A stretch of DNA of 64,000 bases from Phoronis australis (lineage: Eukaryota; Animalia; Phoronida): assembly GCA_002633005.1 (NCBI GenBank), contig NMRA01000021.1, positions 163,067-227,066 of the forward strand, written 5' to 3'. The translations under genes were made by a program, and so were the position numbers. Shown piece by piece: positions 40,501 through 52,500 of this stretch (positions within the stretch are counted from its first letter, which is position 1; each line of letters opens with the position of its first letter). A model generated the notes under the pieces. That model had not been told where the DNA came from, made no database searches, and saw only the letters and a list, made by a program, of their open reading frames with translations.

Positions 40501-43500
40501 GAGTCAGGCACCAGTCTCAATGTGATTGGTTGTAGGAGTATCCAACATTTGCTATAGAGAGCTTAGTTAAATGCACTAGGTGGCACTAGTGAGACAATAG
40601 TCCCAGATGTAGGAATGCATGCATTGAGGTAGTCGTAAGCGAACACTGGGCCACGACAAGCTCTCTCATGCTTGTGATCACCCTTCTGATCATAAGACTA
40701 TTCTGATAACAATGGGGGTTACATCTGCTTCACCAGGTGTTCGTCTGCTGTTATGCATAGATGTCACAATACATTCATGTAATTGTCGTCCATTACAGAA
40801 TTTTGTTCGATAGATATCCAGTCAGGATGAAAATATTTGCAAAAAAGCTAACACTCTATTTTCTTGTTAACAAAAACATAAGATAGTGATCGTTCTGTAT
40901 CTATAGTTTTCGCAAGTCACTCACTTGGTATGCAGTCGTAGTGAACATGGAGATATGTGTGCTGTGTTGAACAAGGTGTCGCTAGACTTTCATTGGTCTT
41001 GATTTGACAACGCTGGCGTCCATTACACCTATCTCCCACGTACTCTGTGATGTCTTGGTTACAACTTCCGTCCAAGGATTCACACGAACTCTCGTTACCC
41101 ACCAATGCACTAATGACAAATATTACGTCTTTTGTTTTTGTATCGCATTGGAGAACCTTCCATCCTGTTAGGTAGGGCGTCTGGCAGAAATGTCTTTCTA
41201 CCCCTGCCAAATATAAAATCTACGGTATGGTAACTCTCGCCTTAATTTGCCCAAAAAATTACCAAAATTGATAATTTTCCTTTTTTCAAAGACTGGTTAA
41301 CTTGCTGCAAGTTATGGGAACATTTACCAAATGTTGTTTTATGCCATCTACGACAGTACACCCCATGCCAATTATCTACTAAATTTCTTTAATCTTTATT
41401 TCTGTGGAGAAATTTGATAAAAAAAAAATTCACTCGGCTGTTTTTGTGCTTGTTAAGGTATACGTGTTACTGTATTGTTAAAGTTTTGAAGGGTGTACTG
41501 TGTGGTTTAGAAATGAAAAATAAGACCTCAAAGTAAACATGATTTTAGATTTTGAGTACGTATACCCCTTTTGAAATTTATGGAAAACAGAAATATGTTG
41601 GTGTTGGCTTTAGGAAAACATTGGGATATGGCAAACACCGTTTACTTGCGTAATTCTTGGCGCACTGTCGAACTAGAGAAAGATCACTGGCATGTTTGAA
41701 TGATTGGACAAGACGCATATAAAACACCAGACATTAACAGTGATGCACATCTAGGCTGCCCTTTTGAAGGTTTGTCTTTCCCCAAGCTCAAAAATCATTT
41801 TTTCAATCTGATATGAAAATAACTAATCGGGATCAATTTTTAGCAGCAACTGGTCTTACTTAAATTTGTTTACACCGGAAATAAGTAAAATTGTGTGGCT
41901 TGTACCTTTAAGAGAATGCTTGGTGAAAAACTGACATAACAAGATGAAACAAGTGCATTGTAAGTCATAAATTGCACTGATTTAATTGTTAAGGCTTCAA
42001 GGCATAGACCTGGACTTTTCCATGCTTGATAAGTGTATAAGTTCATAAAACTTGTATTATAATCAAAGGGGTATCCCAGTGTCTCCCCGCTCCTTACATA
42101 GTACTATCAGTTCAGTTGCTGACATCAGACACAAAACAAATTGTTCCCTTTTTGCATTTTTTATTTTACAAAATGGGCTTTTTTAAATAATCCAAATGTT
42201 CCAACTGACATTTTTATCATCCCATAAACTTGATTTCAGTTGAAACATTGTCCAAAGACTGGATGTAAAGACCCATACAGCGCCATTTCAGAACAGGTCC
42301 AATCAAATTGGCTCCAATTCACATTGAAACTTACACAACTTTATCGGTCACACACACTGATGTTTTTGTCTCACCTGGTATTTTCACCTCACTACCACTT
42401 CCTTCGATACTGTCCCCACTCCCACTACCACTGGAGAGACTGTCTGTAAACTGTCCTCTCACAAGGCAGACGTCTTCCTGACATAATAGCCAGAGGAAAA
42501 TCAACTGACATGAAGGCAATTTCATTTTGTGCTCTTGTCTAGAACATTGTCTGCACCACCTCACATCTTTCCTACACCGCCTGTCTATGTTCTATGGTCC
42601 AGGTGTTTCTTGTGAAGTCCAAATACTTCATGTGTATGTTTTGCACTTGACCATACCTGTCTGTGCTCTTGTTTGGCTGAGGTGATTACATAAGACTACA
42701 CCACCCCATTGTTGAGTGTGGGCTACCCTTTGAAGGCCCTGTTTAGAGCCTTTTCTGCAGGCTAGTGATCAATGAGTAGAAGAGTCATTTCGGAATTGTT
42801 ATTGAAACACTCAAGAGATGAAAACCATGTGAACATATTTCTTTTTTTCTTACTATTGTGCATGATGTTATGTGAACTTATGAAGATAAATAGATAATCG
42901 TTTTTGAGTAAAGATTATAATTACTTCTATTGTGTGCAACACATTTTGCATTATATTAATTATACAGTTATTTAATTATAATATAATTATTATCACGCAA
43001 TTGTTATTACGTTATTATTCTTAGTAGTCAATATACCTTGAGTAGTGTATTACTTAGTATATGGCCTAAAGGAATAAAAAGTTGCAAAGCCACAGCAATA
43101 CATAAGATTTCAGTTTATTTTATACACAAGTTTTTTTGATATTACCATTAAAGAACCTAAGCTCCACTGTCCACTCCAATTAGTGCATTGCATATTTCCG
43201 GGCATTTCAGTTTCTGTCAGTGTATATATTTCGCATTCTTTTTAGCTTGAAGATGAGGCGCTAGTCTCCACTGTCTTCGACGTAGCTTGGAAGAAAACAT
43301 TGGAATGTTCTGGTAGCACATTCTCATTTTGGACAGCTCTCGAGTGCTTTATTGATCTCATTTTTCAACCAAAGTTTCTCATCCCTCAGTCGTGTGGTCA
43401 GGAGATTTATCAACAGGTCCATGAGGTATGCTACATCGCTGTAAAAATATCTCTTGAAATTAAACGATATTTCCAATTTAAAAGGTCGAATTTTTCACTA

Positions 43501-46500
43501 TTCTTTGATTCCACCACTGGTGCTAATGATAGCTGATCTGTATTTTGAACTTCATGATAAGTTAACCCAAGGCAAAGTTTAGCTCTGTTTTTGTATTGGT
43601 TCTCTTTTACAGTGTGCTTCAAGTCTGCTCCGTTATGGTGTGGAAAAGATGGGTGTGGCCAATATGCTAATGAAGCATCTGGTGCAGTTTTGGTTGGTTG
43701 GTGATAACATTAAGCATGCGAGTGGCTACATGGATGTGTTGATTGAAGCTTGCACATTTGGCGCTGTGAAAAAGCGAAGGTATCTTTTGATTTTTTTAGC
43801 CCGAAAAGATTATATAACTAGTTTCTGCCCAAGTTTGTTTCTGAAAACTTGACTTTCGTATCATTGCATGATTTATGAATATTAAATTGATAAAAGCCTT
43901 AAGGCTTCCTACGTTACCAAGGATTAAATTTCTTGAATAATTTAAAGTACTAATTGTTGACCCATAGAATATACAATTTTAAATTCTCCATGGTGATCAC
44001 ATAATCTTATTATATGAACACATATATTGTCCAGATGTTCGTAATCGTGTGACCGCGTTTTATCAAAGAAATTTGAATTTTTCACTCAGATCACCGTAAT
44101 TTCCTCAAACACAATTTTCACACACTTGCAAATTCTGTTTCTTTATTGTACTGTTTGCATGTTCGTGGTTTTCTTGTAAAGCTTAGTCTTTTTGGTCTTA
44201 GAACGACCCTCGCAAAAATGAAGATGTCAGCATTTCTTGAACAACAAAGGGAAATCTAGATTTTGTAGCCAAGCTCTCAGGCTAAAAGAACTTGACATGA
44301 GTTTGTGGCTAATATAATTATGAAACAGAATTTGCAAGTTAGATGCAAAAATCCTTCCTTTTGTGTATATAATAGTATTCTGTGATCATTTATTTTGTAG
44401 AAAAGTAATCAGTTCTTTAAACTAGTAAAATGACATTTTGGCAATTATTTATGTGCGAAATAAGTGGAGAATTTTCGTAAGTCGGATATGTGTGTGGGAA
44501 AGGATAAGAAATTAATTTGTTGACTAACTACAGTAAAAATTCTTCAGTTTGGGACAATGTCTATGATTTGGGACACAGACATCAAAGCAGAATTTTTTTT
44601 TCATCAAAGATTTTTATTTTGCTTTAGCATGATAATTACATGTCACATAAAACAATACAGTATACGTCGTTTACAAAGAATAACATTAAATCACTAGTCA
44701 ACAAGTACCATATTTTCTTTAGGATACGAACATTTGGAAATTGAGATTTTTTTAACAAGCTTTTGGTTAAATATGTAATTTTTGCTAGTATGATCAACAG
44801 GTTAATGTTACAATTTTAAGCAGAATTTTCTTGATTCCGAAGATTGGGTCTTTCAAATTTGGACACTTCACTAATTTGGATATCAACAGAGTCTGAAAAT
44901 AGACTTGGCAGATCATAAAATCATAAAAAATTACCGGCCAACACAACTTTTTCATGGGTCCTCGTAGTGTGTAACATTGAGAACAATGGTTGTTGGTCAT
45001 TAGGCGGTAATTCTTGTATTTGGGACGGCCAATATTGCCTATTTCTAAACTTTGGTACATGTCTTAACCTTCAGCAAAATAATTAATTTTTCATTGTCCC
45101 AAACAGGAGATTTTTTTCTGTATGTTGTGTTTGTTTTATGATTCTGATTTTGTAACGCAGCGTCAAGAAAGATGTTCACAGGTGTATTTATGGCCTTGGT
45201 AAAGATTTCACGACCAATCAGATATTTGGGAGGTAAGTTAGTGCTGGACTTTTATTGAGTTCTTTATTTTATGAAGTTAAGAAAATAGAGATATTTCAAT
45301 GTATCAAGACGTATATATTATATTCCCATGGATACAAAACATATTGCAGGCAGTCCATTGCCTGAATTGCGTCGCACGTGCACGGGACTCCTAGGTCGGA
45401 ACCACTGAAAAAACACGAGAACCCTCTTTATGTATATGTAATCATAAATTTCCTCCACAGAGAGGTTGCAGAAGTATGAAGCCATGTACACCACATTCAT
45501 CTGCTATTGATGCTTGGCATTGGAACCAAGTTACTGTCCACAGGTGGCGTCCACAACCACCAGTGCTTCAGCTTGTCTGGTCATCTCATTTAACCTTGTA
45601 CACAGGAGGATCAATAATCCCCAGAGAGTCCACCCATTTCACTTTACTTTCATGCTCTTGCATATACGAGTCACAGATAAACTTGTATATTTTTATTACC
45701 TTGTCTACAGCCAGTGCAGAAGTCAAAAGTTCTGCCAAAATATTGTGAAACAGTAATCATATTTTTTCATATTGTGCATTATGTTTTCAGGTCAAAACCA
45801 CTGAATCAGTTTGTTACCTCTGATTTGTTTATATTTAAAACTTTTGAAAATTTTAAACACTTTTTAGTGGTTTATAATCTTTAACGTTATCAAAAATTGT
45901 CTGTTTTTTCTTCTTAGTTTGTTTTTATCCGATGTTTCCTAAAAATTATCTCTGTCTTCAGAACACTTGTTTGATTACATTTCATTAACACGTTAATTTC
46001 TTTTGCTAAAACTCTTGTATTGTTATAATTGCTTGTTATTAGTTGCATTATTTAATAATACTAAATGTTTAACCTTGTATTAAAGCACCTTCTCTAGAGA
46101 GTATTGCGGTGTCCGGGCAACTATTGCCAGCCTATTGGCTGCCAATGGCTCAACAAACTCGTGCCACTGGGAGTCGTTCAGGTCGACATTTTTGGCCGAG
46201 TTGATTCGTCGTCACCGTCAAGTGCTGGGGGAGTCATCGCCCAGGAACTTCCCTAACTCTGAAATCCATCGAACTAAGCACCGCCTGGTGACTGCCATGA
46301 TGGTGCTGGAGTCAACGATCGATGAGGTATAGACTTGCATGCCCGCTCTTGAATCGCTACAATTCCTGTTTTGTTGAATGCGTAGAGCAAGTTGTAGCTA
46401 AAACATTTCTGCCTTAGATTGTTCTGACAGTCTACGTTGAAACAGTTTAGGTTGTCGTGCAATGTGAATATGTGCAATAGTTTGGTTTGCAACTGTTGGG

Positions 46501-49500
46501 CTGACTCGCTCTTTTTGAAATATTGTGTTCATGGTAACATACCAACAAATGCCTGAGTTTGGACTACTTTTAATGAAACAGCTGTCTGGTTCCTGTCATC
46601 TGTATGTTACTATGTTGAAAAGTGTGTGATCAGTCTTAATGCTTGAGCTCTCCCAGATATAGTGCATGGGCTGGTGATGGAAGTTTACACCTCTGGGGTG
46701 ATTTAGTAGAGCGCAATATGTTGAGAAATCAAATGCCAACATTTCATATTCATCAGATGGTGTTAGCGAGAAAAGGGTCCTGGTATTGTCATTTGAATAG
46801 ATTGAGACAGAGAGCTGTTAGCCATATGGCCATCTGGGAAGTTAAAAGCAATTTACTGAAACCATTTCAGTTCAAACAAAGGATAAAAAATTGATGATGT
46901 AACTTAGTAAAAGTAAATGTACCTTTGTTGAAAGTTTTTGTTTTGACTTCAAAATGTGATTTATTGATGTTTGGAATGTCCTATATAACTATATGAAAGC
47001 ATGCATTTTTCAGGTTGGATTATTGTGTCACTGGCTTCGCCTTGACAATTTTAAGCTCACATTCTGTCAAGTGAAAACAAGTTAAACCGGTTGATGATGT
47101 TGGTGAACTCAAAATATTGAAGTACAGTTCGAGATGTTTGCTGAATACTGATCATTTCAAGACTTCATATATTTTACTTTTACTTTCTGCTCTGACTTCA
47201 ATTCACTGTAAATGTGGAAAGCAAAGATCTAGCTAGTGTATGTATGACAGCTAAATATCAGGTGTACACTTTTGTTGATTCTCCATTTACAGACTGCTGT
47301 TATTGGCCTTCTCACCTACATCATGGATGGTCTTCATGCAGAGTTGCAGTCTGCTGTCCGGTACTACCTGGAATGGCTAGCGATCCGTGTGTTCTATAGG
47401 TTCCCCAGGACCCTGGTGGTGCTGTGGAAACACCTGAAGCAGGTAGGGGCTAATGGAGTATACTCACAGGGTCTTGCACTCACAAACTGGTAGGGGCTAA
47501 TGGAATGTACTCACAGGGTCGTGCACTCACAAACAGGTAGGGGCTAATGGAATATACTCAAAGGGTCGTGCGCTCACAAACAAAATGCACTGACAATGCG
47601 AAAGGGGACACACTCTGCTGTGATGAAGACCTACGCACAAGAATAGCTAAGAGAACCAGGATGGGGATTCCCAGTGCCATGTTATCCTAACCTACTTACA
47701 CCTCTTTACAGTACTCTTAGGCTAACGGATGAATGCAGACAGACAGTAGTCAAAAGACCTACTTATGTCCACAGTAGAGCAAACAAATCTAGCTGTGTCA
47801 GTCATGCGAGTCTCTCCTGTCCTTCCTCGTTCTTCCCGATCCCCCTTCTTTTCTATTTCCCCCTCCTCAGTTCTTTGGATTTATGAATGCATGGTCAGTT
47901 TTGGTTGATTCATCTCAAAGTTCACTGAATTGCCTCATCCCAAAATACCACAGTGCCATCTGGGATTCTGCCGTCCTTCAGTAAAGCCCTCGTTCCACAG
48001 TGGTATCACTACTTTGGCATTTGTCTTTCTGCTGCTTTTTGAAAGATTCAGCTTTTGTGTTCCAGGGACTGAACAAGAAAGTTGCCTCTATGTGTTCTAT
48101 GATGGTAGTCGTCTCCCATGTTTGCCAGCTGTTGGACTGCAAAGTCAAACAGGTAAATTGTAGATTATTACCTGTTATAACCTCAGTCACCTGTGAAACA
48201 CTTGCAGTGAAGATTCTTAGCTTACACAGTGGAGGTAGTGAGTATTGTGTAAACCTCTTATTCTCCTAATTCAACTTTCTGCCACTGCAATCCTATCTTA
48301 TTCAGAGGTGGCCATTTTGCTAGTGTACACTTTGTAAGTTGTGAGGTTTTGCATTATGCTGCCCTGTGCATTGTGCTGCCCTGTGTGTTGTGCTGCCCTG
48401 TGCGTTGTGCTGCCCTGTGCGTTGTGCTGCCCTGTGCGTTGTGCTGCCCTGTGCGTTGTGCTGCCCTGTGCGTTGTGCTGCCCTGTGCGTTGTGCTGCCC
48501 TGTGCGTTGTGCTGCCCTGTGCGTTGTGCTGCCCTGTGCGTTGTGCTGCCCTGTGCGTTGTGCTGCCCTGTGCGTTGTGCTGCCCTGTGCGTTGTGCTGC
48601 CCTGTGCGTTGTGCTGCCCTGTGCGTTGTGCTGCCCTGTGCGTTGTGCTGCCCTGTGCGTTGTGCTGCCCTGTGCGTTGTGCTGCCGTGTGTGTTGCGCT
48701 GTAAGTAGAAATGATCTGTCTGCAGGTGTTGTGTTCTGTGAGAGCCAGACTAGGGTGTCTTCATATGCTTCACATTCAGCTCTAAAAGACGAGGATTTTC
48801 CAACCCGTGCTGTTGACCATTCGATGAGGCGTTGACCCTCGCGAGTCCAAGCAACTGCTGCCTAAGCAGTTGTGTCATCTCTTAGTGAGCCGTCCGTTGC
48901 AACAATGATTGTGGGAGATTGTTCTTCAAGCCATTCCAATACAGTTGCTTGATTGATACAGTCAGCTCTTTACCGCCAATGACGGCCTCCAATCTCCAAG
49001 GTGTTGATGGCAAAGTTTGTGGCTTTGGACCATTCTATGCTGTTGATGTTCTCCACTGGACATACCTCTTCGACAAGCTCCCTAGCTCCGATAACCCATG
49101 ATTGAACAGTTTTCAGCCTCGGTGCAGTGTGCTCATCACTACGCTCTCTCAAGTCCATTATTGGCGTCCTCTCTATCCGCAAAACTGCTCAAAGAATCGT
49201 TTGAAAATTGGCAGATGTGTTTCTGATGAGAAGGCCGCTGCTGACATCGATATTTCTACAGGTTCGACTACATTGGCGCTCCCTAGTGGCATTTTTATGT
49301 CTACGTATGTATCTACTTAACCCTTACTTACATCACATTATGACGAGTTTCAGACCCATTCAACTACCACTGTGCTCCCTAGTGGCATTTTTAGCTTTTG
49401 CATTTGCCTCTGTATTTTCTGAGTTCATCGATAAATTTTTTTGCAATTTGGCAAATAGGTTCCCAGTAAGGAGATCACGATAATCTTCCTTTTTCGTAAT

Positions 49501-52500
49501 ATGGATTCGATGTATTTTGCACCACCTAGTGGCTATTTTCATTTTTACGAGTCCGTTTTTTGTTGCTGATGAGAAGAGTCGACATTGATTTTTGAACAGA
49601 TGTGACAACTGTGGTGCCTCCTGGTGGCAAGTAATTTTTTTGCGTCCTCGGATGTATCTCCTTACTCCTTTGAAAATTCTTTGTGAAATTTTGGAAGTGT
49701 TATTAAATAAATCTGACTACGACTACCTACGACTTTTGAACGGTTCTGACTACCACTGTGCCCCCTAGTGGCAATTTTAGTTTTTATGGTTGCCTCTGTA
49801 GCTTCAGAGTTCTTGGACGTTTTTTTATTTATATTTGGCAAACAAGCTTCTGTTATGATGGCGATAGCGTCTATCCATTTTGGGATGGATTTGACGTATT
49901 CCGTGCCACCTAGTGTCCATTTTTAGACACTTATAAATGCTCCTAGAAGCACACTGCATTGCAGTTGTGGGTGCATTTCAACGCTCTGCGTTGCTCTAGC
50001 TCAACCATGTAAAAAGCAGGAGGTCATGTCTTGAGCAAAGAGTAATTGGTAGATTGTGTGACTGCATCGCTGCTCTTTCCTACAGGTCTTGACAACTACT
50101 GCCCTCTGGGAGGCCATAGAAAGATTTTTTTAAAAAGACTGGAAGGGGAATGTGGGTGCACACCGCTTTCTGATATTGCTCTAACTATGGTCTGTAGGGG
50201 GGAGGATAGCAAAGAATCAAGTTCTTATGACTCAAAAAGCTCTTGATATGAACTGAATTTATTTATTTATTTATTATTACATTGACATGTGTTTAATAGG
50301 TTGAAACAATTCATATAGTATTTGAAAATAAATTATAGCCAGTAGGCTTACAAGTCACTGTTTTCAATGTACAATAAAAATTGTCTGCGTTTCAAAAGAG
50401 CATTGTGCCCCAAAACGGAAAGCTCTCTGACCAGATTAAACATTAAAAATTTCACTTTTATTATCTACTTAAAATTTTACTTGTATTTTCTACATCAGAA
50501 AAATAAGAAATTAGCAGACAAATTGTTAGTCTCATTATGAAGTGTTCTTTGGAAATCAGTGACACACAAAATGAAGTTCATGAGAATACATATTGGGCAT
50601 AATCTATATTGTGGCTCAGCTTCTATTTCATATCCATAATTAGATAAGTTGTTTATGCAAAATAAAGATTTGAAACTGTTTCAAATGTCTTCGTGTTATG
50701 CATTTTGCTTGGGTCCGTGCAAATGCACACGCTGAATTTTACGTTACTGTCTTGGCCACATATTCAACGGCGTCGCTGGCACGCCAGGCACGGTGCTGTA
50801 AGTTGTATGAAATATGCTACTCAGTGCAAGAAGACAATCTCTGATAAGTTGATTAAGTACATTTTATTAATGCATGACAAACATAATCTTAGCTACCTGT
50901 ACAATTTTGGCTGTTTTTATTTTCCTAAAGCATGTGCAGAGTTTACTCTTAGCTTTTACAGACAAGTACGTTTTCATTGTGCAGGGGTTACCCTGTGTTT
51001 CAACTTAGTCGTCCAGAACAAGGTTGCTCAAATCCGGTATGTCGAGAGGTTGAGACATTCCAGCCTGCTCAAGGACTTGTGGTTTTATATTACAAGTGTA
51101 ACAGTATGGGTTTTTATGTCGACTTTCATGGTGCCTGTCCGAACCAGTTTCCTTTTCTACGAAACCTCCAATGTCCGATAGACGTTTGTGGTCAATATTC
51201 TCTGTGTGTAACACTTCTACAATTACACGTGGTATGCAGGTCACCATGTATTTGTCATCTTTTTTAGTAAGAAATTGATTTGACTCTATTTCAAGGGGTA
51301 TCAATTTTCTTTGACAGAATTTATCAGCCTCTGATTCTTTTTTTGTATGAACCAGAGTTATGTAATGTGTTATAGAACTTGCCCTGCAGTAGAAGTCAGC
51401 AAAATACAAGTTGCTGTTACTGTTCAGAAAATAACCAACTGGAATATTTATTCTTGTGTCACCAAATGGAGAATCTCGTAATGGTAGATTGTCTTCTTTG
51501 TTAACACTTGCTCCAAAGAACAATCCCTTTAGCACTCCGTTGATACAGTTGGCTGGATCACCATTGTTGTCTTTGATTTTCTTGTACTCGATTCCGTTAT
51601 GGTTGTTCATGATGTCTTCAAAATATGTTGATGATGCGTTTCGATAGAGCCTATAGCACTTCTCCATGGGTCTAAGTTGTACTTTATAGACAGCAAGGTA
51701 CAGCAGTCTTTCCAGTTGGGCTTGGCTGTATTCTGAAAAAAAATATTCAAGGTTAAACAAGCGAACTCTACAATCAAGTAGTAAATAAACATGATCTTAC
51801 AGTATTGTATCTGTTTGGCTTACGATGCTGCCCTGGATTTTTGATGTTCTCTCTTTTCATTATGTTTTTGTATTTGCCTTATTTTCTATTGAGTTTTTCA
51901 CTGCCACATACTGTATACGATAATATGTTTACAACAGGTCTCCTCAGTGGTTAAACTCACTGTCTATAGATCTGTCTTGGATTACACGGCAACACTGGAA
52001 TCTCGCTGTATTTACCCATAATGCTACAGTATCCGCCTAGCACTTTTGTATTGCTTATATTTGAGTTCCACTTGTTATTTATCGTATTCGCTCAAATTTT
52101 TCTTGACTGTATTACTCTATTCATCCTTCCAATCCCAACAAAGTTTCATTGCTGTGTTGTTGGCTGCAGCTCTGATGAGAGAAAGTTAGATAAACTTGAC
52201 AAATAACCATGTATGCATGATGTTAAGTTTTTCGTCTTCCCGACATCAATCAATGAATAAAGCAAGTCTGTCAGGTTAATTGTGAACGGAATACTGTCCC
52301 CTTTGTTGAAGATACCTTTTCAATTCAGATACTTTTAAGCAGTTAAATCCGGGAATATTTCCACGACCATACAGCTCGACGATATCCAACATGACTTATC
52401 ACAATGTGTCCAACATTCCAAAGCTTTGTCAATCAAAACAATGCCCTTTCTCAACTCCAGGATAAAGGAGAGTTCTATCCTTGTGTAATCTGGGATGGCC

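Noticed and set aside
48341-48835. Cys-rich metallothionein- or keratin-associated-like ORFs
   Set aside because: They are translations of a 17-bp minisatellite that is open in all three frames.
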